In this document: in pieces, positions 47,878 through 56,530 of the stretch
How the letters are laid out: every line of letters starts with the position of its first letter
Position numbering within the stretch: position 1 is the first letter of the stretch
From: a bacterium
GTDB lineage: Bacteria > Patescibacteriota > Minisyncoccia > 2-02-FULL-40-12 > IGHO2-12-FULL-4
Assembly (NCBI GenBank): GCA_030647955.1
Contig: JAUSIQ010000031.1
Coordinates: 2,920 to 66,919, forward strand
DNA: 64,000 nt
Direction of reading: 5' to 3'
Position numbers and translations under genes: made by a program
Notes under the pieces: model-generated
Seen by the model: the letters and a program-made list of their open reading frames with translations, nothing else
Told to the model about the DNA's origin: nothing
The model's database searches: none

Positions 47878-48531
47878 TTAAGCCAATTCGGCCTTGGTTA
47901 GCTCCAGCCATTTGAGCATCTTTTCTTTCAACTGACGACTGTGGACGTAAATAGTACAGATCCCAAAAGATTTTTGTTTAGTACGGGCTTTGTTCGATAC
48001 AACCACAGATTTTCTAAAGAGAGGACTGGGTATGCCGGTCGCTTTGCTCCAGAGGTTCTTATGGACCGTTTCGGCTAAACCGGGGTAGAGGTAAAGCCGG
48101 CAAGAGATTTTGTCAGCCTTTACGGTTTTGGATAGAAAAGAAAAGAACAGTTTTGTCATATCAAAATCGTTGGAAGAAAAACGGACTACCGAACTCTCCG
48201 GGCTTAAATCGCCCTGGCTCCAGTAAAGAATGATGGCAGGCAAGAATAGGGGATTTTTCTGAAGGATCGTAAATTCTTCTTCGGCCTGGGTTTGGGCGGA
48301 TTGTCGCCATGCCTGCCAGCGCTGGCGATTAACCGCGGCCATTTTTTTTATCTTTTGCGCGGCACCGACGCGAGAGGGAGTACTGAGGGAATCACGAACC
48401 AGTATCGACCAGGGCTGGTCTCTAAACCAACCACTCAGGGTGGCTTTGGGGATACCTAGTTTTTTAGTGATCTCCGCGTAGCTCTTACCTTGTTGACGTA
48501 AGGCCACGGCTTTTTCACGGTCATTTCGCAT
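47878..48531 (-). CDS. HTH-domain protein, possibly transposase- or mobile-element-derived
   Basis: N-terminal helix-turn-helix KAVALRQQGKSYAEITKKLGIPKATLSGW typical of IS630/IS30-type transposase DNA-binding domains; no DDE motif; 217 aa; beside a tRNA cluster. Confidence 0.4.
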   Translation of the reverse strand: MRNDREKAVALRQQGKSYAEITKKLGIPKATLSGWFRDQPWSILVRDSLSTPSRVGAAQKIKKMAAVNRQRWQAWRQSAQTQAEEEFTILQKNPLFLPAIILYWSQGDLSPESSVVRFSSNDFDMTKLFFSFLSKTVKADKISCRLYLYPGLAETVHKNLWSKATGIPSPLFRKSVVVSNKARTKQKSFGICTIYVHSRQLKEKMLKWLELTKAELA

Positions 48532-48701
48532 AGCTTTTTAGGCCAATGTTGATAACAATTACGAACTTAAGAATAATAGCTATCTTTCATTCTATTCTAC
48601 TGTTCGGTTCGGGACAAGCGTTTTTGTGGATAGAGGTGGATAAGTAGTTTTAGTAAATAAAAACAAAGCCTTTTGGGCTTTGTTTTTATGTTGGTGCCGT
48701 G

Positions 48702-48776
48702 GGGGTGAATCGAACACCCGACGCCAGCCTCTTCAGGGCTGCGCTCTACCACTGAGCTACCACGGCTCTTTTATTC
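48702..48776 (-). tRNA. tRNA-Phe (anticodon GAA), CCA encoded
   Basis: Acceptor GCCGUGG/CCACGGC, anticodon stem CAGCC/GGCUG, loop CUGAAGA. Confidence 0.8.
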
Positions 48777-48786
48777 TCAATGCCTG

Positions 48787-48858
48787 TGGGCGGTATAGGA
48801 TTCGAACCTATGACCCTTTTCACGTCAAGAAAATGCTCTACCACTGAGCTAACCGCCC
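48787..48858 (-). tRNA. tRNA-Val (anticodon GAC)
   Basis: Acceptor GGGCGGU/ACCGCCC, anticodon stem UUUUC/GAAAA, loop UUGACGU, T-arm AUAGG-UUCGAAU-CCUAU. Confidence 0.75.
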
Positions 48859-48871
48859 TACACTAAAACTG

Positions 48872-48954
48872 TGCGCGGGAGAGGAGTTGAACCTCCATGC
48901 CCTTGCGGGCGCTACCACCTCAAGGTAGTGCGTCTGCCGTTTCGCCACCCGCGC
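48872..48954 (-). tRNA. tRNA-Leu (anticodon GAG), long variable arm
   Basis: Acceptor GCGCGGG/CCCGCGC, anticodon stem CUACC/GGUAG, loop UUGAGGU, 83 nt with extended variable arm. Confidence 0.75.
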
Positions 48955-48997
48955 TAGTATTTTCTCGGCTTTGTAGAGAGGCAGGCAAAAAGGAGAA

Positions 48998-49423
48998 TTA
49001 CTTCTCCTGAGATTCTACCACGTTGCTTTCTGTAGAAGAAGATTCTTCAACTGACAAGGTAATCTTTTTAGGCTGTTTGGTGCGAAGTTTCTTGCGAGTT
49101 TCTTTGGCGCTTTTTTCGCGAATGTAATAGAGTTTGGCGCGACGGATTTTGGATTTCTTTACTAGTTCAATTTTTTCCACGCCGGGCATGTGCAAAGGGA
49201 AGATACGCTCGACGCCGACGCCCAGAGTTACTTTACGGACGGTAATAGTGGCTCCGGCTTCGGAACCATGATTGCGGGCAATAACTAGGCCTTCGAAGAT
49301 CTGGGTGCGAAACTTTTCGCCTTCCTTAATTTTGAGGTGAACGCGAACAGTATCTCCGGAAGCGATGTTTGGCAAGTCTTTATTAGAAGCCTTGATATTG
49401 AGATTGGTTAGAAAATTCGTCAT
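48998..49423 (-). CDS. rplS: 50S ribosomal protein L19 (with C-terminal extension)
   Basis: RTQIFEGLVIARNHGSEAGATITVRK...ELVKKSKIRRAKLYYIRE. Confidence 0.85.
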   Translation of the reverse strand: MTNFLTNLNIKASNKDLPNIASGDTVRVHLKIKEGEKFRTQIFEGLVIARNHGSEAGATITVRKVTLGVGVERIFPLHMPGVEKIELVKKSKIRRAKLYYIREKSAKETRKKLRTKQPKKITLSVEESSSTESNVVESQEK

Positions 49424-50121
49424 TGGGATATAATAGATGAATTTAAGAAATCAGTCAATTCCCCGGGCGGATCAGCCTCTAAAACCATGCTTTGGCCGGA
49501 GGGCGCGTTAAATTCTAATTTTTGCGCGTGGAGAAATAAGCGGCCCAATTCTGGAGGGCAGACCAGGTTCTTTCCGCCGTATAATGGATCGCAAACGATG
49601 GAGTGGCCGATCGATTTAAGGTGAACGCGGATTTGGTGAGTACGGCCGGTGAGAGGGGAGACTTGTAATAAGGAGAAGTGAGGAAATTCTTGGATGACCT
49701 CATAATTAGTCACGGCGTTTCTTTCTTGGAGGTCACGTTTGCCTTTAATTTGGGTAGTCTGCTTTGTGCCTAATTTGCCCAAAGGAGCGTCGATGGTGCC
49801 GCTCTTTTCTTTGAGCTGACCGTGTACCAAAGCCAGATAGGTTTTTTTAATAGTGCGATTTTGGAATAATCCTTTGAAGTAAGAAAAGGCAGGTTGGTTT
49901 TTGGCGATAATGATTAAGCCAGAAGTGTCCTTATCTAAACGATGCACTAGTCCGGGGCGGAGAGGATCTTCACCGACATCTTTAATTTTTGGATATTTTT
50001 CCACGACCAAATCCGCCAAAGTTTGGTGGGGATCAAGAGGATGAGTTTTGTGTACCGAAATTCCCGCCGGTTTATTTAAAACGAGAATGTCGTTATCTTC
50101 GTAAACAATGTTTAGGTCCAT
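49420..50121 (-). CDS. RluA-family pseudouridine synthase
   Basis: Catalytic Asp motif HRLDKDTSGLIIIAKN; 233 aa; overlaps rplS by 4 nt. Confidence 0.85.
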   Translation of the reverse strand: MDLNIVYEDNDILVLNKPAGISVHKTHPLDPHQTLADLVVEKYPKIKDVGEDPLRPGLVHRLDKDTSGLIIIAKNQPAFSYFKGLFQNRTIKKTYLALVHGQLKEKSGTIDAPLGKLGTKQTTQIKGKRDLQERNAVTNYEVIQEFPHFSLLQVSPLTGRTHQIRVHLKSIGHSIVCDPLYGGKNLVCPPELGRLFLHAQKLEFNAPSGQSMVLEADPPGELTDFLNSSIISQ

Positions 50122-50151
50122 GGTTTTAAAAATCCACGAGAGCGTGGATAG

Positions 50152-50478
50152 TTATGAAAGTAGACTAAATATATCTTGGTACTCGGAATCCATTAAGGTG
50201 CTTTCTATTTTATATCGCCATACTTTGAAGCCGAAGTCTCTCAAATCTTCCACTAGTTGGATGGTGCGGAGAACCAGCAAAGAACACTCCTGATCTCGAC
50301 CGGTGCAAAATGAGTCAAAAGCGCTTCGCTGGGGTGTATCATCGGTGCGCTTTTTCATTAGTAAATCTGCTACCCGGAAGTCGTATCTGCGACACAAGGT
50401 TTTAAAAACTTCCAATCTTTCATCTACTACTGGCTCAATCGTAATGTGTGCCTCGAAGTAAAGGGACACTTCTGACAT
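50152..50478 (-). CDS. hypothetical protein
   Basis: 108-aa ORF, no motif. Confidence 0.35.
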   Translation of the reverse strand: MSEVSLYFEAHITIEPVVDERLEVFKTLCRRYDFRVADLLMKKRTDDTPQRSAFDSFCTGRDQECSLLVLRTIQLVEDLRDFGFKVWRYKIESTLMDSEYQDIFSLLS

Positions 50479-50501
50479 GGTCTCTCTCCTTTCTCCGTCT
50501 G

Positions 50502-50574
50502 TGGGCGCTACAGGAGTCGAACCTGTGACTTCTTCCGTGTAAAGGAAGCACTCTGGCCTCTGAGTTAAGCGCCC
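50502..50574 (-). tRNA. tRNA-Val (anticodon UAC)
   Basis: Acceptor GGGCGCU/AGCGCCC, anticodon stem CUUCC/GGAAG, loop UUUACAC, T-arm ACAGG-UUCGACU-CCUGU. Confidence 0.75.
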
Positions 50575-50803
50575 TTTCGACTATATATTAATGTAATGAG
50601 TACACCCGTAAAGTTAATCAAGAATCCGACAAAGATCGTAAAGTGGTTGCCGGTAAGTAATCCTTCGGGGGTTTCCAGGCCAATGTTTAAGTGATGCAGA
50701 ATGTCTAAAACCAAGCCGACTGCCTCGACCGCTGTACCGAATAGACTAATCTTGATTCCTTTTTGGAAGGTATTCATTTGTTTAATTGTTATTAAGCTTT
50801 TTT

Positions 50804-50853
50804 ATCCAAGACCAAAAGCAAACTATTGCTTTTGGTGGGCGCGCTTGGATTCG
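50804..50853. repeat. 50-bp direct repeat carrying a copy of the tRNA-Ile 3' end plus downstream hairpin (second copy 50944-50993)
   Basis: ATCCAAGACCAAAAGCAAACTATTGCTTTTGGTGGGCGCGCTTGGATTCG is identical at both positions. It includes the 21 nt of tRNA-Ile from T-loop to CCA and the hairpin CCAAAAGCAA/TTGCTTTTGG. The ~90-bp segment between copies is GC-rich. Confidence 0.65.
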
Positions 50854-50972
50854 GTTTCGCCTCTCGCCTCGCCAGGCGCTCGGCTCGGGCTAACCACCGC
50901 TTCGTGATTCCGCCTGCTGGCGAAATATCACTCCGGCGTTCTCATCCAAGACCAAAAGCAAACTATTGCTTT

Positions 50973-51049
50973 TGGTGGGCGCGCTTGGATTCGAACCAAG
51001 GACCGCCGAGGTATAAGCTCGGTGCTCTAACCGACTGAGCTACGCGCCC
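50973..51049 (-). tRNA. tRNA-Ile (anticodon UAU), CCA encoded
   Basis: Acceptor GGGCGCG/CGCGCCC, anticodon stem CCGAG/CUCGG, loop CUUAUAC, T-arm CUUGG-UUCGAAU-CCAAG, ACCA end. Confidence 0.7.
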
Positions 51050-51089
51050 GATGCTTAATAATATAGTAGCGATCGCGTGGAAACAAGTC

Positions 51090-52937
51090 TTACGCTTTTA
51101 GTAAAGCGTAGAACTCTTTTTGTTCCAGGGTCTCTTTTTTAATAAGCTCTTGAGCGATGCGATGTAAGATGTCCATCTTTTTAGTGAGGACCGCTTTTGC
51201 CGAAGTCACGGCTTTGGTGATTAGTTTCTTGATTTCGTTATCGATTTTAAGAGCGATCTCTTCAGAATAGTTTTTTTGGCTGGATATTTCTTTGCCTAGA
51301 AAGACCATCTCTTCTTTCTCGCCAAAAGTAATTGGCCCCAGAAGATCAGACATACCATATTGCGTGATCATTTTGCGCGCAATGTCCGAAGCCACTTTTA
51401 AATCATTAGAAGCGCCGGTGGTCATATCTTTGAAGATAATTCTTTCGGCCGTATATCCGCCCAACAAGACCGCCAGCTCTGCTTCGAACTCGGCGCGTGA
51501 TTTTAAGTGCTTGTCCTCGCTAGGTAATTTTAAAGTGTAACCGCCGGCTCGTCCGCGAGAGATAATCGAGATTTTGTGCACCGGATCGGAGTGGGGAAGA
51601 GAGGCGGCTACGAGAGCATGACCGGCTTCGTGATAAGCGGTAATTTCTTTTTCTTTTTTAGAGAGGGCGTGACTGCGGCGCTCCGGTCCCAAGATCACTT
51701 TTTCGATAGATAATAGAAGGTTGTCCTGATTGATGGTGGTTTGGTTTAATCGAGCGGCTAAAATAGCTGCTTCGTTAATAAGGTTGGCCAAATCCGCTCC
51801 GGAAAATCCGGAAGTTCTTTCGGCGACCACGCGTAGATTAATGTCTTTGGCTTGAGGCTTGTCCTGAATATGCAATTGCAGAATCTTCTCGCGATCGTTC
51901 AAAGAGGGATCGTCGAGAATTATGCGGCGATCAAAACGGCCGGGGCGTAACAAAGCGGGGTCTAGGATATCAGGACGGTTGGTGGCAGCCATGACGATGG
52001 TGGCGGCATCCGTATCAAAGCCATCCATTTCCACTAGAATCTGGTTTAAAGTCTGTTCTCTTTCGTCATGCCCGCCACCTAAACCGGCGCCACGGTGACG
52101 ACCGACGGCATCGATTTCGTCAATGAAGATAATCGAAGGAGAGGTCTTTTTGGCTAACTCGAAAGTGTCACGGACGCGATTAGCGCCGACACCGACAAAC
52201 ATTTCTACGAACTCCGAACCAGAGACGAAATAGAAAGGAACTTCCGCTTCGTTCGCGACGGCTTTGGCCAACAAAGTTTTTCCGGTTCCGGGGGGACCAA
52301 TGAGTAAAATACCACGCGGAATCTTTGCTCCCAGTTTGTGAAACTTTTTAGGATCTTTCAGGAATTCCACGACTTCTTCAATCTCCTGTTTGGATTCCTC
52401 TAGTCCAGCCACATCTTTAAAAGTTACTTTTTTCTTACCATTATTTCCGGCTAATTTCGCGCGGGATTTTCCAAAACTAAAGGCCTGCATTGAACCCTGT
52501 TTGGCTTGGCGAAACATAAACCAGAAAATCAGAACGAAAAATAGAAAAGGAGCGAGGATTGGTAGAATACCTACGAGGAGTGAACCCCAGCCGTTGTCGT
52601 CTTGGATTGCTACTCGAATAGTATTGAGCTTTTCTGGGTTAGCACCAAGATTGATCAGGGTTTCCAAGGCAGAAACGCCGGGTTCTTTTTTGGCTTCAAA
52701 AGCCGCGTTCTCGGTTTTAATTTCGAGCATGTCTCCTTTGACCAAGATTTCTTTGGCTTCACCGCTGTTAACTTTTTCTACTACTTGAGAGAGCGGGATG
52801 TCACTGGGATTAGACATGGGCTGGCCAACAAAAGTCAGTAGGCCGGAAAGCCCCAGTAAAATCACAAAGACGATGAGAATATATTTGAATAAAGAATTCA
52901 TACATAACAATTTAACACGGAATCCGAAAACTAGCAA
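51090..52937 (-). CDS. ftsH: ATP-dependent zinc metalloprotease FtsH
   Basis: Walker [17 protein letters not shown] region, zinc site HEAGHAL; 615 aa with N-terminal TMs. Confidence 0.9.
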   Translation of the reverse strand: MLVFGFRVKLLCMNSLFKYILIVFVILLGLSGLLTFVGQPMSNPSDIPLSQVVEKVNSGEAKEILVKGDMLEIKTENAAFEAKKEPGVSALETLINLGANPEKLNTIRVAIQDDNGWGSLLVGILPILAPFLFFVLIFWFMFRQAKQGSMQAFSFGKSRAKLAGNNGKKKVTFKDVAGLEESKQEIEEVVEFLKDPKKFHKLGAKIPRGILLIGPPGTGKTLLAKAVANEAEVPFYFVSGSEFVEMFVGVGANRVRDTFELAKKTSPSIIFIDEIDAVGRHRGAGLGGGHDEREQTLNQILVEMDGFDTDAATIVMAATNRPDILDPALLRPGRFDRRIILDDPSLNDREKILQLHIQDKPQAKDINLRVVAERTSGFSGADLANLINEAAILAARLNQTTINQDNLLLSIEKVILGPERRSHALSKKEKEITAYHEAGHALVAASLPHSDPVHKISIISRGRAGGYTLKLPSEDKHLKSRAEFEAELAVLLGGYTAERIIFKDMTTGASNDLKVASDIARKMITQYGMSDLLGPITFGEKEEMVFLGKEISSQKNYSEEIALKIDNEIKKLITKAVTSAKAVLTKKMDILHRIAQELIKKETLEQKEFYALLKA

Positions 52938-53018
52938 GAGGCCAGTTGAACAAAAAAATGAAGAGAATTGATTGGTAAATATATAAATGAATGGATGGGA
53001 AAAAGATAAAATTGCGGT

Positions 53019-53046
53019 AAAAAAAGCCCCGCTGCGACGGGGCCCT
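53019..53046 (-). terminator. rho-independent terminator after the NYN gene (minus strand)
   Basis: Minus-sense GCCCCGTCGCAGCGGGGCTTTTTTT. Confidence 0.65.
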
Positions 53047-53059
53047 GGGGAAAGAACAA

Positions 53060-53689
53060 TTACTCGATTAGTTTAACTGTGTCTACGGTACCAGTTCGAT
53101 GCATCTCTATGAAGCGCCCAGACAATGCTCGTAGTGCGGAGATAACCCGGACTTTTTTTTGCTGCCAATGAGCAAAGGTGGCCAGTCCGGAGAAATCGGC
53201 GTCGCCGGAGATGATCACGATGTCGGTGATATCGCTGTGTTGAATGATATCCCGAGCTAAACTCTCGAGCTTATTGTCCACGGAGTCGTGATCCTTGGTA
53301 ACTGCACCAGCGACTTGGCGAGGACAGACCACCGGGAAAAAATGGTGGATGTGAGACAGTTGCATGATGGGGGCGAGAGCGATGTAGTGAGTGGGGATAA
53401 AAACAAAAGCAAAGACAATCTTGCCTTCTTGAAGGATGGGATCGAGCAGCCATGAGAAGTTTTCTAGCCTCTCTCGAGACCCTTTTTTTAGATGTAATTC
53501 GAGATTGCGATAATCCATGAATATCGCAAAGGTTCTTTGTTTTGGCTCGGGAATTGCCGGTACGGCCGGCGCCTTTCTTTTAATGAACGGTGGGGTGATT
53601 TTTTTAAAAAACTTGAGGAAACGAGATGTTTTGATCTTATGATCCGTGCCCGGTGTAATCTGGGCTGGATCATTGAGGCTTATATTCAT
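53060..53689 (-). CDS. NYN-domain (LabA-like) putative RNase
   Basis: FAIFMDYRNL near the N-terminus of the domain and IVIISGDADF motif characteristic of NYN/LabA. Confidence 0.6.
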   Translation of the reverse strand: MNISLNDPAQITPGTDHKIKTSRFLKFFKKITPPFIKRKAPAVPAIPEPKQRTFAIFMDYRNLELHLKKGSRERLENFSWLLDPILQEGKIVFAFVFIPTHYIALAPIMQLSHIHHFFPVVCPRQVAGAVTKDHDSVDNKLESLARDIIQHSDITDIVIISGDADFSGLATFAHWQQKKVRVISALRALSGRFIEMHRTGTVDTVKLIE

Positions 53690-53831
53690 GGCCTATCTCC
53701 TAGGAACACTAGTAGGCATGAGCCCACTAGAATTCAGTATACCGCACAAGATTGACAGAGTCAATAGAAAGTTATATACTATAAGCAATTAGTAACTTCA
53801 AAACTCAATACAAGAAAGGAAGAAGGTAAGT

Positions 53832-54428
53832 ATGAGAGCTATGCCTATAGTAGTTCCGCCCAGTCTTTTGCTATCTACTAGCAGGAGAATGGAGAAGCTT
53901 AAGCCTAAAGCGATAACCGTTCGGCTGGTCGTCATAGAAGACGATCAGGTGTTACTTGTCCATGAGAAAGGGGATCAATTTAGCTCTAAACCGGCCGGCT
54001 GGGGATTGCCCGGTGGCGGGCTCGACGGAAAGAACGCCGAGGAGCTGGTCATGTCCATCAGAAGATTCCTTCCGATTCAATCCCGGGTACCGCCAGAGCA
54101 AGTAGAAGCAATGATGTTTACAATTTTAGACTTCACGACTGATATTGCTTTGGATGTTTTTCTGGTCGGTGTTAAAGAAGGGATTGAGGAGACGGGTTTG
54201 GTAATCCGTCCAGAAAAGAAACTATTTGAGATTCAGAACAGTCCCGAGCATACCATTGTTGTGGTGCGGGGGAATATTCTTGGAGGGACATTAAGCACAA
54301 GAAATACGGAAACTGATGATTGTCGTTGGTTTTCTCTGGAGACTCTGCCTCAAGGCCTATATGTTTCTCATGAAAGAATGATTAGAAGGACGATGAATAT
54401 TTTAAGTTTGTCGTCGGGGACAAAATAG
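53832..54428 (+). CDS. NUDIX-like hydrolase (degenerate/expanded Nudix box)
   Basis: VRLVVIEDDQVLLVHEKG...WGLPGGGLDG start and a K-E-G-I-E-E-T-G-L segment matching REUxEExGU, but separated by an insertion; start may be Met-20. Confidence 0.45.
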   Translation: MRAMPIVVPPSLLLSTSRRMEKLKPKAITVRLVVIEDDQVLLVHEKGDQFSSKPAGWGLPGGGLDGKNAEELVMSIRRFLPIQSRVPPEQVEAMMFTILDFTTDIALDVFLVGVKEGIEETGLVIRPEKKLFEIQNSPEHTIVVVRGNILGGTLSTRNTETDDCRWFSLETLPQGLYVSHERMIRRTMNILSLSSGTK

Positions 54429-54436
54429 GAGAGGTT

Positions 54437-55717
54437 ATGAGCAAGATGGTATTCACGGCGGCTGGCGGCGCTAACTTTATCGGTGCCAGTGCCTACGTAC
54501 TCAAACTAGGAGATAGGCACATTTGTGTGGACTGGGGACAGAGTGTCTCCAAATCTGTGGAAGGGCCTCAATATGACGGCTCTCTAGATTATCTATTACT
54601 GACTCATGGTCATGCTGATCATATTGGTTTGGTCCCGGTAGCGTTAAGGCGTTGGCCTCACCTGAAGATCTTTGCTACGGCGGAGACCAAGGAGTTGGCC
54701 AAGATTGCCTGGAGTCAAACTATTTATCATTCTCTTCGAAAAGAAGCGCAAAATCGGCATCAACCCCTCTTCACAAGAGAGGAGGCCGAGATAGCCGAAA
54801 AAGCAATTGTGACGATTACGCCTGGAGAAACTATCAATTTGAGTGGAGACATTCAGGTTACCCCACTGCCAGCCGGGCACATTCTAGGAGCGGTTTCGTT
54901 TCTGGTCGAGTATCAGGACGAAACCTGTTTCTTTAGTGGAGACATCTGTTATCACGAAAGTTTTTTTGTTCCGGGAGCGCCCTTACATACATTGGATCGC
55001 TGTCGTCTTCTAGTTCGAGAGTCGGTGTATATTAATACAGACTTCGATGATCGAGAGAGTATCGTTCGAGACTTCGTTCAGTCCGCGGAAGCGGTGCTGA
55101 GGCGAGGAGGTCAGTTGTTGGTACCCGCTCTTTCTATTCATCGCACGCAAGAGATGTACGCGATAGCGGCGGAAGCGGGGCTGGGACCGGTCTATATCGA
55201 CGGATCTCGTCAAGCGACAGAGGTCTATCGACAATTTGCTCCTCGTTGTGGAGAGGTTCTAGAAAATGTTCCTCGTTTTGAATCGCATGACGAAAGGAGG
55301 CGATTGATTCAAAGTAGGGAGCCGGCGATCATTATTGCTTCTTCGGGAATGGTGTATGAGAATACACTCTCCGCGACGTGGGCCGAGAATCTTATCTTCC
55401 GAGAGCAGAACGCCATTTTTACCGTTAACTATCAAGATCCCTGCGGGCAGGGACATAGGCTGGTTCATAGCGAAAAGGGAAAGTTTATTCCTTTTAACGG
55501 AGGTATTGTTAAGAGGATGTGCGAAATCCGTCACTTTCCACTTTCCGCCCACATGGACGGAACTGATGGACAAAAGATGGAAGAGAGGCTTAACCCTGAC
55601 ATTGTAGTTTACGCTCATGGCGAAAATGATCAGATCGAAACTTATCTGGAGGCAAATCCGAGTACGGTAAATCGAAAAAAGATCAAGGCAGAAGTAGGAA
55701 AGGAGATTGAACTATGA
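54437..55717 (+). CDS. beta-CASP-family metallo-beta-lactamase-fold nuclease (RNase J/CPSF-like, short form)
   Basis: MBL motif LLLTHGHADHIG; beta-CASP motif A-like LLVPALSIHRTQE, B-like IIASSGMV, C-like HFPLSAHMDG. Confidence 0.65.
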   Translation: MSKMVFTAAGGANFIGASAYVLKLGDRHICVDWGQSVSKSVEGPQYDGSLDYLLLTHGHADHIGLVPVALRRWPHLKIFATAETKELAKIAWSQTIYHSLRKEAQNRHQPLFTREEAEIAEKAIVTITPGETINLSGDIQVTPLPAGHILGAVSFLVEYQDETCFFSGDICYHESFFVPGAPLHTLDRCRLLVRESVYINTDFDDRESIVRDFVQSAEAVLRRGGQLLVPALSIHRTQEMYAIAAEAGLGPVYIDGSRQATEVYRQFAPRCGEVLENVPRFESHDERRRLIQSREPAIIIASSGMVYENTLSATWAENLIFREQNAIFTVNYQDPCGQGHRLVHSEKGKFIPFNGGIVKRMCEIRHFPLSAHMDGTDGQKMEERLNPDIVVYAHGENDQIETYLEANPSTVNRKKIKAEVGKEIEL

Positions 55718-56328
55718 CCACGACGAGAGGAGGAGAGATGAACGAACGGGTGTCCCTTGATAAGTTTCATTCACTTTTTGGTCGGGCGTTGAGTGTGGCG
55801 TTAGAGGGGACCTTCTATCCGGATCCCAAAGCCGGACCAATCGAGATTCCGGAAGAGTATGCAAAGTTGAGCTATGCAGAGCCAGTTCGCGGACAGGTGA
55901 GGTTCTATTATCCGGCGGTGGCTAGCGGAGATGTGAGATCCAAAGAGGAAGGTGTGATTACCTTTCTGCCTTGGTTCGATCGGTCCCTGGCCGCTTACCA
56001 TCGGATACAGTTAAGAGTCCGGCCGTTTCAGCGAGGATCTCGACTGATGCCTCGGATAATGTTTGCCAGACTGGGAGAGGAGAAGGCTTTTACTCCGGAA
56101 GTAAAACCCGGGGCTGAGCAGACCTATCTCCAGCTGGACTTTTTCAGCATGAGGGAGGAGATGTTCTTGGACCTCTATGTGAGGGTCGAGGACGAAAAGG
56201 GCCCGGCCTACTTCGTGATCGAAGCCGATCCGAAGGAGAACACCCCCGAAAAGGTGACATTACGGGTGAGGAGGATCGACATAAAGGACGCCCCTACTCA
56301 TCTAATCAATCTTCCTGTTGCTGCTTAA
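55714..56328 (+). CDS. hypothetical protein (G+C-enriched, translationally coupled to upstream nuclease gene)
   Basis: ATGA start/stop overlap with the 54437-55717 gene; 204 aa; no motif. Confidence 0.5.
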   Translation: MTTTRGGEMNERVSLDKFHSLFGRALSVALEGTFYPDPKAGPIEIPEEYAKLSYAEPVRGQVRFYYPAVASGDVRSKEEGVITFLPWFDRSLAAYHRIQLRVRPFQRGSRLMPRIMFARLGEEKAFTPEVKPGAEQTYLQLDFFSMREEMFLDLYVRVEDEKGPAYFVIEADPKENTPEKVTLRVRRIDIKDAPTHLINLPVAA

Positions 56329-56350
56329 GGCAGTAGGATAGGAGGGTTGC

Positions 56351-56405
56351 ACGCCCTGTCAATGGCCAGTATGGCATTGACAGGGCGTTTTAATTTTGCT
56401 ATAAT
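56351..56405 (+). promoter_or_regulatory. perfect 14-bp palindrome/terminator followed by extended -10 promoter
   Basis: ACGCCCTGTCAATG...CATTGACAGGGCGT (56351-56388) + TTTT, then TGCTATAAT (-10 at 56400-56405), then RBS AGGAGAAGGAAAATG. Confidence 0.55.
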
Positions 56406-56530
56406 GGGGCAGTTACGGTGGGTAAGCAGAGGGAATTTCCCCTCGGCTTAAGAACCTTTACATATCAAAAAAAGAGAGCCTCTCACCGGCTCGCTTACAG
56501 GGCCGAAAGGCCTTACTTAGGAGAAGGAAA

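Noticed and set aside
50701-51038. ORFs 50701..50907 + and 50826..51038 +
   Set aside because: Span the 50-bp direct repeats and tRNA-Ile; GC-rich insert creates open frames by chance.
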